Positions 48,672 to 56,927 of a stretch of DNA of 64,000 bases are shown piece by piece. Origin of the DNA: an uncultured Gammaproteobacteria bacterium (lineage in GTDB: Bacteria > Patescibacteriota > Patescibacteriia > UBA11705); assembly GCA_964413735.1 (NCBI GenBank), contig CAYPSS010000005.1, positions 4,398-68,397 of the forward strand, given 5' to 3'. The translations under genes and the position numbers were made by a program. The notes beneath the pieces are model-generated. The model saw only the letters and a program-made list of their open reading frames with translations, made no database searches and was not told the origin of the DNA. The first letter of the stretch is position 1. Each line of letters opens with the position of its first letter.

Positions 48672-50126
48672 TTATTTTTGTTTTACTTCACGCATTTCCA
48701 GCAGATTAATTGCTTCATTATTTTCATGTGATTCACCGGAAATCACAATTATTTCATCGCCGGAATGAACAATTTTTTCTTTTTTCAAGTAACGCAAAGC
48801 GCGCATAATTAAATTTTCCAAATCATTTCCTCGAGGCAAAACAATTGGTGTCACGCCCCAAGATAAAATCAATTGACGAGAAATCCGCTTATCATCACAA
48901 GTGACAATAATCGGCACGGCCGGACGATAACGACTGACCATTCGCGCCAAATAACCGTTAAAAGAAATCGCTAAAATCGCTTGCGCTTCAACATTATTGG
49001 CCAAAAAACTGGCCATCTGACTAAAAGCTTTATTATTTTCCTCAATTAACGTCGGTTCAGTGATTTTTATAATTAAATCATCATAACTGGAAGCTTCGGT
49101 TTTCTCAATTATTTTTTTCATCATCAAGACCGCTTCCGCCGGATATTTACCATTAGCCGTTTCTCCGCTCAACATCAATGCATCGGCATGATCAATCACC
49201 GCATTGGCCACATCACTGACTTCCGCGCGCGTGGGACGAGGATTTTTTATCATGGAATCAAGCATTTGCGTGGCCACAATCACAGGCTTAAATTTTTCCA
49301 AACATTTATTAATAATCATTTTTTGCATTAATGGAACATCTTCAGCCGGCAATTCAATGCCCAAATCACCACGCGCCACCATTACCGCATCACAAGCCTC
49401 AATTATTTCATCAATATTTTCAATGGCTTCGCGTCTTTCAATTTTCACAATAATTTTTATTGATGAGGGGTTTTTGGTATTTATTTTTTTTTCATATTGC
49501 TCAATCACCTGGCGCAATTCTTGCACATCATTAGCACTACGAACAAAAGACATTGCCACAAAATCAACTTTGTTTTTCACTCCGAATTCCACGTCTAAAC
49601 GATCTTTTTCCGACAAAGAATTCAAACTTAATTTTGTATCCGGCAAATTTATTCCTTTATGCGTTTCCAATAATCCCCCAATATCAACTCGACAATGAAT
49701 GTTTTTTTGGAGCACTTTTTCAATCGTTAATCCAATCAAACCATCAACCAACAAAATTCGCTCCCCCTTTTCCACATCACGATGCATATTACGATAAGTT
49801 ACCGGGATTTTATGTCCATCAAAAATTTCCGTTTCGGTAGTTAAAATCACTTTTTCACCGGCGCGCAATACTAAACCGGACGGGCCCAAATCACCCACTC
49901 TGATTCTCGGTCCTTGTAAATCCTGAATTATTGCCACCACTTTTTTTTCCTTAGCTGCCGCACTTTGTACATTTTTCAAAAGTTTATAATGATCTTTTTG
50001 AGTCCCATGCGAAAAATTCAGACGCGCCAAATTCATTCCGTTTTTCATTAAACGACGCAACTTGATAATGGAAGATGATGCCGGCCCAATAGTACAAACT
50101 ATTTTTGTATTATTCATAATTAACAA
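48672..50126 (-). CDS. pyk: Pyruvate kinase
   Basis: 484 aa with 'KIVCTIGPAS', 'NFSHG' and 'MVARGDLGIE' in the barrel/A domain, plus a C-terminal regulatory domain. Confidence 0.95.
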   Translation of the reverse strand: MLIMNNTKIVCTIGPASSSIIKLRRLMKNGMNLARLNFSHGTQKDHYKLLKNVQSAAAKEKKVVAIIQDLQGPRIRVGDLGPSGLVLRAGEKVILTTETEIFDGHKIPVTYRNMHRDVEKGERILLVDGLIGLTIEKVLQKNIHCRVDIGGLLETHKGINLPDTKLSLNSLSEKDRLDVEFGVKNKVDFVAMSFVRSANDVQELRQVIEQYEKKINTKNPSSIKIIVKIERREAIENIDEIIEACDAVMVARGDLGIELPAEDVPLMQKMIINKCLEKFKPVIVATQMLDSMIKNPRPTRAEVSDVANAVIDHADALMLSGETANGKYPAEAVLMMKKIIEKTEASSYDDLIIKITEPTLIEENNKAFSQMASFLANNVEAQAILAISFNGYLARMVSRYRPAVPIIVTCDDKRISRQLILSWGVTPIVLPRGNDLENLIMRALRYLKKEKIVHSGDEIIVISGESHENNEAINLLEMREVKQK

Positions 50127-50198
50127 TTAAATACCGTATATTTGTTTTTATAATCAAAGCAATGCTTCAAACAAACTATTTTCCAATTAACCCCGATT

Positions 50199-50516
50199 CT
50201 ATATTTCAATTTTATCGGCGTATTTACCCAATATTGGCACTTCCCATTTTTCACCGTTCAAGGCTTTTAACAATCCCATAATCGACATAATAAAAAAGAA
50301 AATCATTGCCAAAGTGAAAATAATTTGACCCAAAATCGGAATGATATTTACAAAAAATACAATGGCTTCGGCAATAAACAATACCAAACCTTGTTTACCA
50401 TGATGTTTGGCATAAGCACTATCCTTGGCCAAAAGTAAAGGCAAAAAGCACAAAATACCGAAATAACCAACCGCGGCTAAAACTTTATTATTTTTTACAT
50501 CTTGAGGATCAAACAT
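50199..50516 (-). CDS. Small membrane protein (DUF4870-like)
   Basis: 105 aa with 3 TM helices. Confidence 0.4.
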   Translation of the reverse strand: MFDPQDVKNNKVLAAVGYFGILCFLPLLLAKDSAYAKHHGKQGLVLFIAEAIVFFVNIIPILGQIIFTLAMIFFFIMSIMGLLKALNGEKWEVPILGKYADKIEI

Positions 50517-50587
50517 AATGTTAAATTAAAGAATTAAATTTTAATAATTTCAATTTCATTATACCACTAATTACGAAATTTTAATAA

Positions 50588-50947
50588 TCAAAAACTAATA
50601 TTTTCATAATGAGTAAATTTAGGACGCAAGCCGACAATTTCCACCACCATCACATCAAAGCGCGGTTCCAGGCTTATTTGTTTTTCAAACAAATATTTTT
50701 CCATTGTTTGTTTGAGATGTTGTTTTTTCCGTTCATTGATACTGTCTTCCGGAAAACCAAAACAACAGCTGGTACGCGTCTTTACTTCCACAAAAATAAT
50801 TTGATCTTTATAGGAAAAAATTAAATCAATTTCACCGCCGCGTCGACGCCAATTTTCCTCCATCAAAAGCCAATCTTTGGACGCCAAAAAGCGAACCGTT
50901 AATTGTTCGCCCCATTGACCGATTTTTTTGTTATAAAGTGAGCTCAT
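50588..50947 (-). CDS. YraN-family (UPF0102) endonuclease-like protein
   Basis: 'GEQLTVRFLASKDWLLMEENWRRRGGEIDLIFSYKDQIIFVEVKTRTS' matches the YraN signature. The start was moved to the internal Met (MSSLYNKK...) because the track ORF's 5' extension is a hydrophobic read-through that would overlap the next gene. Confidence 0.7.
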   Translation of the reverse strand: MSSLYNKKIGQWGEQLTVRFLASKDWLLMEENWRRRGGEIDLIFSYKDQIIFVEVKTRTSCCFGFPEDSINERKKQHLKQTMEKYLFEKQISLEPRFDVMVVEIVGLRPKFTHYENISF

Positions 50948-50948
50948 G

Positions 50949-51185
50949 CTAAAACAATAAATTACCCAAAGTAGCTTGAATAAAATTATTATGAAGATTG
51001 GTAATGGCCAATACACCCAAGAAAATGACAATAATCCCAATCAGTTTGTAAATCAACCGACTACCCCCAGAAAAAAATCTGCCGATTTGCAATTCACCGA
51101 TCAAACCATAAGGAATATCGGTTTTCCAGACAAAGAAAAAACCAATTCCGATCATAATGATACCAATAATAATTCGTCCAATCAT
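50949..51185 (-). CDS. Small membrane protein
   Basis: 78 aa with two TM helices. Confidence 0.35.
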   Translation of the reverse strand: MIGRIIIGIIMIGIGFFFVWKTDIPYGLIGELQIGRFFSGGSRLIYKLIGIIVIFLGVLAITNLHNNFIQATLGNLLF

Positions 51186-51380
51186 AAATGTTTATTTTTA
51201 ATATTATAGCACAATAAAATTTTTTTAAAAAATTTAAATTCTTTCATACAAATAAAAATCGGCAAGCCCTAATATCCACAATATGAAATTTTCCCACTAT
51301 CAAAGATGACGGGCTATAAACATTATATTTCAACCAACTTGAATTTATTAAGAAATTTTCAAACACATAGCAATATTCAA

Positions 51381-51462
51381 ATAATTCTTGGCTCCCCGAC
51401 CAGGATTCTCCGCCGGAGGCGGATGCGCCTTTGGCGCAGAACCCTCGAGGGTTTTTACGCCC
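51381..51462. repeat. GC-rich cluster of three consecutive palindromic hairpins (CCGCC-gga-GGCGG, GCGCC-ttt-GGCGC, AACCCTCGAGGGTT) beginning with a tRNA-3'-end-like 'tggctccccgacc'
   Basis: Seen directly in the sequence. It lies immediately left of the start of duplicated segment A. The track ORF 51244..51468 across it is judged spurious. Confidence 0.5.
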
Positions 51463-51798
51463 TGCCACGTTAACAGCGCAGTGTTATACCAATTTTACTA
51501 TCAGGGATTAATATAAATAAAACAACCGGCTTCTACGCCGGCCTTTTTGTTATCTAGATCAGACAAAATAATCAAGCCGACGCTAACCGGTTATTATTAT
51601 TGTTTGATTGGATACCTCTGATTATCATATGATTTAATTATAGCACACTTTGAATAAAATGTCAAATAAAAAACCGATTGTATAACAATCGGTCAAATTA
51701 ATATCAGGCAAAAACGACTAACACAAAGAACCGTTCAAAATAATGATAAATAAAATCTGCGTAGCGAATAGGCAATCTTTCTTTTTTCTTTCGTCAGC
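51463..51798. repeat. Duplicated non-coding segment, copy A (upstream part of the NUDIX module). Includes two terminator-like hairpins.
   Basis: Near-identical to 54904-55096 plus 55430-55566 (for example 'cacgttaacagcgcagtgttataccaattttactatcagggattaatataaataaaacaaccggcttctacgccggcc', 'ccgattgtataacaatcggtcaaattaatatcaggcaaaaacgact.acacaaagaaccgttcaaaataatgataaataaaatctgcgtagcgaataggcaatctttcttttttctttcgtc'). Confidence 0.8.
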
Positions 51799-51926
51799 GT
51801 TTCATATTCGCCCTCTTGGTAAAGGATTTAACTCAAATCATTATCAGGATTAATTAGCAATGTTAACAAATTATTATATTTTTGTCAAACATAAAACAGA
51901 CCTTCGAAGATCTGTTTTAATGTATT

Positions 51927-52448
51927 TTACAAGTAAAAATATTTCACGATTTTTAATAAGTCACTCTTGGCTTTTTCACCGGCCTCTATCTTTTCCCTCA
52001 ATTTTTCCGGTGTTAGCCAATAATATTCAATAAAATCATCCGGGTTAAAATTCGGCGCTTCATCAGACTGAATCTCATAAATTTGCATAAAGGCGGAAAC
52101 TTGATTTTCATGCGGTATTAACTTACCTAATAATTTCCAAGAAACTTGATTAATATCAATATTTAATTCCTCAGCCGTTTCTCGCTCAAAAGTTGTCTGA
52201 TAATCCTCCCCACTTTCCACATGACCACCCACACTCATATCCAGACATAATGGATAAATCCTCTTATTCGCTGTACGACGCGGAATCCACAATTCGCCCT
52301 TAGAGTTTTTCACAAAAGCATTAATTACCCGAAAATTGGATAAACCTTCTGCATAAATCTCAGATCTCAATTTTTTTCCAATTACTTGATCATGTTCATT
52401 TACTAAATCTAGCCATTCATCTTGCATATAAAAAATTAGTAAAGGCAC
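51927..52448 (-). CDS. NUDIX hydrolase (copy A of a duplicated gene)
   Basis: It has the Nudix box 'GGHVESGEDYQTTFERETAEELNI'. It is about 95% identical to the ORF at 56219..56719. Confidence 0.8.
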   Translation of the reverse strand: MPLLIFYMQDEWLDLVNEHDQVIGKKLRSEIYAEGLSNFRVINAFVKNSKGELWIPRRTANKRIYPLCLDMSVGGHVESGEDYQTTFERETAEELNIDINQVSWKLLGKLIPHENQVSAFMQIYEIQSDEAPNFNPDDFIEYYWLTPEKLREKIEAGEKAKSDLLKIVKYFYL

Positions 52449-52539
52449 TTTGAATAAAAAACTTGCAAACTTATAAATTAATAATGGTGCGTTTATTTAA
52501 CGAAATCCGAACCTTTTTTGAACAAAACTAATGACTCGC

Positions 52540-52670
52540 TTCGCGCGCCAAACTGAACGATCGGGCGGGCAAAAAGGAAGGGAGTTTGGGGGAAGGAATT
52601 TTTGTTTGTTTTTGTTTTCCACTGCCGCCGAATTTCGTGCCAACGAAGTTGGCGCGCCGCCATCTTAAAT
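52540..52670. repeat. GC-rich inverted-repeat element (ttcgcgcgccaa ... ttggcgcgcc, with an inner GCCAAC-gaa-GTTGGC hairpin)
   Basis: Seen in the sequence. It is a marked GC island between NUDIX copy A and the 3' end of the 536-aa gene. Confidence 0.45.
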
Positions 52671-52694
52671 TACATTAACTCGTTAAACACAAAG

Positions 52695-54305
52695 CTATCC
52701 CAAAGCACTGATGGTCTTTTCAATTCTTTCTTGTAGTGTTCTGTCGTAATAAACATTAGCACCGTTAATTTCCATGAAATTTAATAATTTAGCAATTTTT
52801 TTGTCGGGTTCATAAATTCCTCTAGGTATTGGGACTTTCCTTTTGGTTTCTGACCTATCAGATTTTTCGAAATTTATATTTTCGATTCTATAACGACCTT
52901 CATAGTCATATCCTTCATCAAAACTTACCGTAAGTGATTCTCCACCAACATGGACGATTGTAAATGTGCCTTTTTCTTGACTATTCAAGGCTAATTGTGC
53001 AAGTTCCTTTTCACTTAGAGATGCAAGGTCAGCGCTCAAAGCCTTATTCGCGAGTTCTAAAGCATTTAACACTTGCTTCTTTTGTTCTGGTGTAAAAGAA
53101 TCAATTTGTTCTGAGAAATTTTCTAGTCTTTTTTCTTCCAAAGTATCTATCGCTGATTGGAGCGTTGCCTTCGTTTCATCTTTCCGGATGAGTTCAGGAT
53201 AATTTTCCGAGCGAAAATCAAATGACGCTAACCGAGCCCTCAGAAATCGTATAGCTCCCAATAAATAAGCTTGCGTTGCATCTTTAATTTCCTCAACCGT
53301 CATTGGTAGTGGCCAGCCCACTGCTTCCGCAGCTTCAACAGAAGCAAAAGTTTTGCCTTTTCCTTGCATTTCTCTCAAGGAAACAAACGATGTTCCAGTC
53401 CAAACCTTACGATCCTCAATAGCTTTTTGCAATTCTCCATCAACATCCTTCGCAACATGCTCTGCAAATTTATTCGGTCCTAGAATTTCGAAAAATGCCC
53501 TACAGCGGGGATTCATATCGATCGAACTATCATAAAAACCCTCTAATTCTAGTTTCAATTTTCGGACATCTGCTGTATCATCATTAGCAATACTAATTGC
53601 GTATTCTTTTCCAAATAAATCTCTAACCAATTCATAGTTCAATCTTTCCTGGTGGATAGCATCTTTAGCGAAATGCCAATCCCGGACCTTTACACCTCTA
53701 TAATCCTCTGTAACTCTCGGCTCAAGATAGCTTTTTACTTGAGCTAGAATGATATCACGATCCACACCTTCCACAGAGGAAGCTGTTCTTAAAAGTAGAT
53801 TCGTCTTAAATGATGATTGATCACCATCGCTGGTTGGTAAGTTTTTGACTATCTCCACAATTTCGCTTGAATGCCCGTGACCCGCCATTTCTTGAGCGAG
53901 TTGTTCTAACGCGCGCCTGAAATGCTCAAATGAATCGTTTGGCCGACTATCATAGTAAAAATAGGTGTCTGCTGCATATAGTGCAAACTCCTTAGCTTTA
54001 TTGGGATCGGTTTCATATAGCTGTGTAGCCTTTTCGGCAAATTCTGCATATAGTTCTGCGTATTCTTCCTCTTGTTTATAGTACAAACCAGATTGATACA
54101 GTTCGCTCAATACTTCGCCCCCTTCTTCATAAAATTTTTCGTTCTCTTCCCAATGTTTTCGTGCAAGATTTTCTAATCTTGCATTTATTTCCCCAACAAT
54201 AATTGCGCGCCTTTCAGATAATTCTATTTGTTCCGGCGTCATCATACCCTCGGCTTTTTTAATTTCTTTTTCGCTTGATTGATAGCCCTCTGGTGATTTT
54301 GGCAT
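52695..54305 (-). CDS. Orphan 536-aa protein of unknown function, conspicuously GC-richer than the surrounding genome
   Basis: Long uninterrupted ORF with codon structure and predicted mostly helical. It has no motif I can assign. It lies downstream of a decayed XRE-HTH gene and between the two copies of the duplicated NUDIX module. Confidence 0.55.
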   Translation of the reverse strand: MPKSPEGYQSSEKEIKKAEGMMTPEQIELSERRAIIVGEINARLENLARKHWEENEKFYEEGGEVLSELYQSGLYYKQEEEYAELYAEFAEKATQLYETDPNKAKEFALYAADTYFYYDSRPNDSFEHFRRALEQLAQEMAGHGHSSEIVEIVKNLPTSDGDQSSFKTNLLLRTASSVEGVDRDIILAQVKSYLEPRVTEDYRGVKVRDWHFAKDAIHQERLNYELVRDLFGKEYAISIANDDTADVRKLKLELEGFYDSSIDMNPRCRAFFEILGPNKFAEHVAKDVDGELQKAIEDRKVWTGTSFVSLREMQGKGKTFASVEAAEAVGWPLPMTVEEIKDATQAYLLGAIRFLRARLASFDFRSENYPELIRKDETKATLQSAIDTLEEKRLENFSEQIDSFTPEQKKQVLNALELANKALSADLASLSEKELAQLALNSQEKGTFTIVHVGGESLTVSFDEGYDYEGRYRIENINFEKSDRSETKRKVPIPRGIYEPDKKIAKLLNFMEINGANVYYDRTLQERIEKTISALG

Positions 54306-54418
54306 ATTTTCCTTCCCTTTTCTTATATGGCGTTCGCCAATTTCGAAAAGTTAAATGAAGTTAATAATTATTAACCAGTTTGATTACTTGTAGTTTACCC
54401 CCCCAACACTTTTTACAA

Positions 54419-54646
54419 TAGCCATAGTTATTTAACAAATCCTCTATGTTAACATTAAGCGCTTTAGCAATCTTTGCCATAGTTTGGACGCTTTACTTAT
54501 TCACTGTGCTGCTTTCGACCTTCATAAGCGTTGTGTATTTTATATCCGCTTTCTTGGTTAAATCGTCTTGCGTCAAGCCAAGTTTAGTGCGGAGTTTCTT
54601 AATGTTTTTGCTGATAATTTTTCCACTTGTTATATAAATAAAGTTT
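54419..54646 (-). pseudogene. XRE-family (Cro/C1-type) HTH regulator gene interrupted by an in-frame TAA and lacking an ATG start
   Basis: The minus-strand translation '..GKIISKNIKKLRTKLGLTQDDLTKKADIKYTTLMKVESSTVNK*SVQTMAKIAKALNVNIEDLLNNYG' follows the canonical XRE HTH pattern (..L..LGLTQ..LA.K.G.S..T...E.G...PS...L.KIAKAL.V..D.L). The stop replaces the residue before the conserved S/L-E-T-L block. The track ORF on the plus strand here (54446..54637) is spurious. Confidence 0.5.
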
Positions 54647-54749
54647 TAGCAGTATTATAGTATATGCGTTTGTTATCTGTATTTTAATATTACCAAATAA
54701 AATAAAATTAGACAAACAAAATTTCTGAAAGTTTAATTCTGATGCCCAA

Positions 54750-54797
54750 GAGAGCCTGTCTGCCGGTCCGCTTCGTCCGCGAAGCGAGACGAGCAGA
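54750..54797. repeat. GC-rich two-tier hairpin (CCTGTCTGC-cggtc-CGCTTCG-tccg-CGAAGCG-agacga-GCAGACAGG), homologous to 13591-13645 in reverse complement
   Basis: Perfect nested inverted repeats seen in the sequence. About 85% identity to the tRNA-Gln-flanking element. Confidence 0.6.
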
Positions 54798-54875
54798 CAG
54801 GGACTTCCTTCGCTTCACTCAGGATAAACTTTTCGTCCTATTATGTGTATTCCTATTATTATTCAATAATGGTGC

Positions 54876-54905
54876 CCAGGAGAGGACTCGAACCTGGAAC
54901 TCCAC
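54876..54905 (-). other. tRNA 3'-end-like fragment (CCA/discriminator/acceptor 3' strand/T-loop, no 5' half): candidate att remnant
   Basis: The plus strand 'tggtgcccaggagaggactcgaacc' is the reverse complement of a canonical tRNA 3' terminus (GGTTCGAGTCC TCTCC TGGGCA CCA). No matching acceptor 5' strand or anticodon arm follows. It abuts the left boundary of duplicated segment B. Confidence 0.5.
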
Positions 54906-55096
54906 GTTAACAGCGCAGTGTTATACCAATTTTACTATCAGGGATTAATATAAATAAAACAACCGGCTTCTACGCCGGCCTTTTGTTATCTAGATCAAAC
55001 AAAATAACCAAGCCGACGCTAACCGGTTATTATTATTATTTGATTTGATCACTCTGATTATCATATGATTGCATTATAGCATACTTTGAATAAAAT
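54904..55096. repeat. Duplicated non-coding segment, copy B (part 1)
   Basis: Matches 51463-51660. Confidence 0.8.
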
Positions 55097-55429
55097 GTCA
55101 AACAAAAAACATCCTCTCGTTGGCGGATGCTTTATTACTTTCATTCAATCACCAACTTTACGACGGTGACCAAGGGGGCGAAATGACAATGATGGGACCA
55201 ACCGATGATCTAATTTAGACTTTGTTTCTGGATCGACTAATTCATCGTCAATCGCCAAAGACAGCAAATGATCACCACAACGATAAAATCGTTTACGCTT
55301 ATCAGCCTGCAATGCTACTGGTGGATCATCTAATGGAGCACAAGAACAGCCCCGATGCTTAGACATTGTTATTCTCCGATAAAGAACCTACTAGTAAATT
55401 AACATAAATCATCATTAAAAAGCAAATTA
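55097..55429. mobile_element. ~330-bp insertion specific to copy B, flanked by an 11-bp direct repeat (aaacaaaaaac). It carries a small gene and its own terminator.
   Basis: Copy A is contiguous across this point ('tgtcaaataaaaaaccgattgtataacaatcgg'). Copy B has 'tgtcaaacaaaaaac|atcctctcg...ggaaacaaaaaac|cgactgtataacaatcgg'. Confidence 0.45.
55145..55366 (-). CDS. Small GC-rich hypothetical protein (73 aa) inside the copy-B insertion
   Basis: 'MSKHRGCSCAPLDDPPVALQADKRKRFYRCGDHLLSLAIDDELVDPETKSK...'. It is followed on the minus strand by the hairpin GCATCC..GGATG plus T6 (55100-55135), a terminator. It has a weak Trm112/zinc-ribbon-like look only. Confidence 0.35.
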   Translation of the reverse strand: MSKHRGCSCAPLDDPPVALQADKRKRFYRCGDHLLSLAIDDELVDPETKSKLDHRLVPSLSFRPLGHRRKVGD

Positions 55430-55566
55430 TCGGAAACAAAAAACCGACTGTATAACAATCGGTCAAATTAATATCAGGCAAAAACGACTGACACAAAGAA
55501 CCGTTCAAAATAATGATAAATAAAATCTGCGTAGCGAATAGGCAATCTTTCTTTTTTCTTTCGTCG
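55430..55566. repeat. Duplicated non-coding segment, copy B (part 2)
   Basis: Matches 51662-51798 with 1-2 substitutions. Confidence 0.8.
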
Positions 55567-55585
55567 CCGACGCATCAACACCATC

Positions 55586-56098
55586 TCAGATCTCCTTTGG
55601 TTGAGGTGATTTATTCCATAATTCATCAAACTGTTCTTGAGTCAAATAAATATCGGCTTTTTGCAATAGTTCATAACAAGGATACCAAAGTGAGCACATT
55701 AACAACATGTTCACATCTTCATTAATCATTCTCTTAACAGCTTTAAAAATTCGACGGTGGACATTAATTGAGACAAGTTGGTATTTCACAGCCATTGCAG
55801 TAGAATTGTTACTTGCAATAATGAATTGCACCTTACTAAGGGGTAAAGTAGTAATAATCATTTTTTGACGATCAAAGGTCCAAATAACCTGAATTTTTTG
55901 TTCAATATTTAAGCTACCCGATGAACCTTGAAATGTTCCAGTCTCTAAATTTCCACTACCAAGAGATAAAATTTGGACATTAACCACCTGAAATGGTTGA
56001 TCCATGTTATTTTGAATCCACAAAGTCTGAAAAGTATTGATTTTCATGCACCCGGAAAAAATCATTACAACCATCAATATTCCCAACTTAAATTTCAT
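55586..56098 (-). CDS. Putative lipoprotein, specific to copy B
   Basis: The start is taken at the internal Met, giving 'MKFKLGILMVVMIFSGC' (signal peptide + lipobox-like FSGC). The track ORF extends to 56170. Confidence 0.4.
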   Translation of the reverse strand: MKFKLGILMVVMIFSGCMKINTFQTLWIQNNMDQPFQVVNVQILSLGSGNLETGTFQGSSGSLNIEQKIQVIWTFDRQKMIITTLPLSKVQFIIASNNSTAMAVKYQLVSINVHRRIFKAVKRMINEDVNMLLMCSLWYPCYELLQKADIYLTQEQFDELWNKSPQPKEI

Positions 56099-56218
56099 AG
56101 TGCCTCCCATTGGGAAAGGACATAAAAAGAACTTGATGGTAGATATTAACACAATTCCAGGAAAAGTCAATAGTAAAAAATGGGCATTTAACCCATTTAA
56201 TTAGTATCTAAATTTTGA

Positions 56219-56719
56219 TTAAGAGTAAAAATATTTCACTATTTTCAATAAATCACTCTTGGCTTTTTCACCGGCCTCAATCTTTTCCCTCAATTGTTCC
56301 GGTGTTAACCAATAATATTCAATAAAATCATCCAGGTTAAAATTCGGCGCTTCATCAGACTGAATCTCATAAATTTGCATAAAGGCGGAAACTTGATTTT
56401 CATGCGGTATTAACTTACCTAATAATTTCCAAGAAACTTGATTAATATCAATATTTAATTCCTCAGCCGTTTCTCGCTCAAAAGTTGTCTGATAATTCTC
56501 ACCGCTTTCCACATGACCACCCACACTCATATCCAAACACAATGGATAAATTATTTTGTGTGCTGTGCGTCGGGGAATCCATAATTCACCCTTAGAATTT
56601 TTCACAAAAGCATTAATTACGCGAAAATTAGACAAACCTTCCGCATAAATCTCCGATCGTAATTTCTTCCCAATTACTTGGTCATTTTCATTAACCAAAT
56701 CAAGCCATTCGTCTTGCAT
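56219..56719 (-). CDS. NUDIX hydrolase (copy B)
   Basis: It has the Nudix box 'GGHVESGENYQTTFERETAEELNI'. It is near-identical to 51927..52448 (the copy-A ORF has a 7-aa longer N-terminus). Confidence 0.8.
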   Translation of the reverse strand: MQDEWLDLVNENDQVIGKKLRSEIYAEGLSNFRVINAFVKNSKGELWIPRRTAHKIIYPLCLDMSVGGHVESGENYQTTFERETAEELNIDINQVSWKLLGKLIPHENQVSAFMQIYEIQSDEAPNFNLDDFIEYYWLTPEQLREKIEAGEKAKSDLLKIVKYFYS

Positions 56720-56927
56720 ATTTTGATATAAATTGATTTAAATCTGATTACCAAACCACATTAAAATTATCTTTAATATTACAATATATTATTTCCCGTA
56801 TTTTATCAAATATTCACTTAAAATAAAATATTTTCCACTAATTAAGCCCTGATTATTTAATAAAATTTCCTTTTTGATATTTGAAAATAAAGATGTATAC
56901 TGGTTATATCTATAACTATCAAATAAT

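Noticed and set aside
51244-51468. Track ORF (74 aa, minus strand) across the GC-rich hairpin cluster
   Set aside because: Its N-terminus is translated from three consecutive GC palindromes, which is low-complexity G/A/S-rich. It overlaps the repeat boundary and has no supporting context. It is treated as a spurious ORF over a structured non-coding element.
54446-54637. Track ORF (63 aa, plus strand)
   Set aside because: The opposite strand encodes a clear, though broken, XRE HTH. The plus-strand ORF is a hydrophobic read of the antisense.
54876-54955. A complete tRNA gene at the copy-B boundary
   Set aside because: Only the 3' ~25 nt of a tRNA (T-loop to CCA) is present. No acceptor 5' strand, D-arm or anticodon arm can be folded from the adjacent sequence. 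It is called a fragment.
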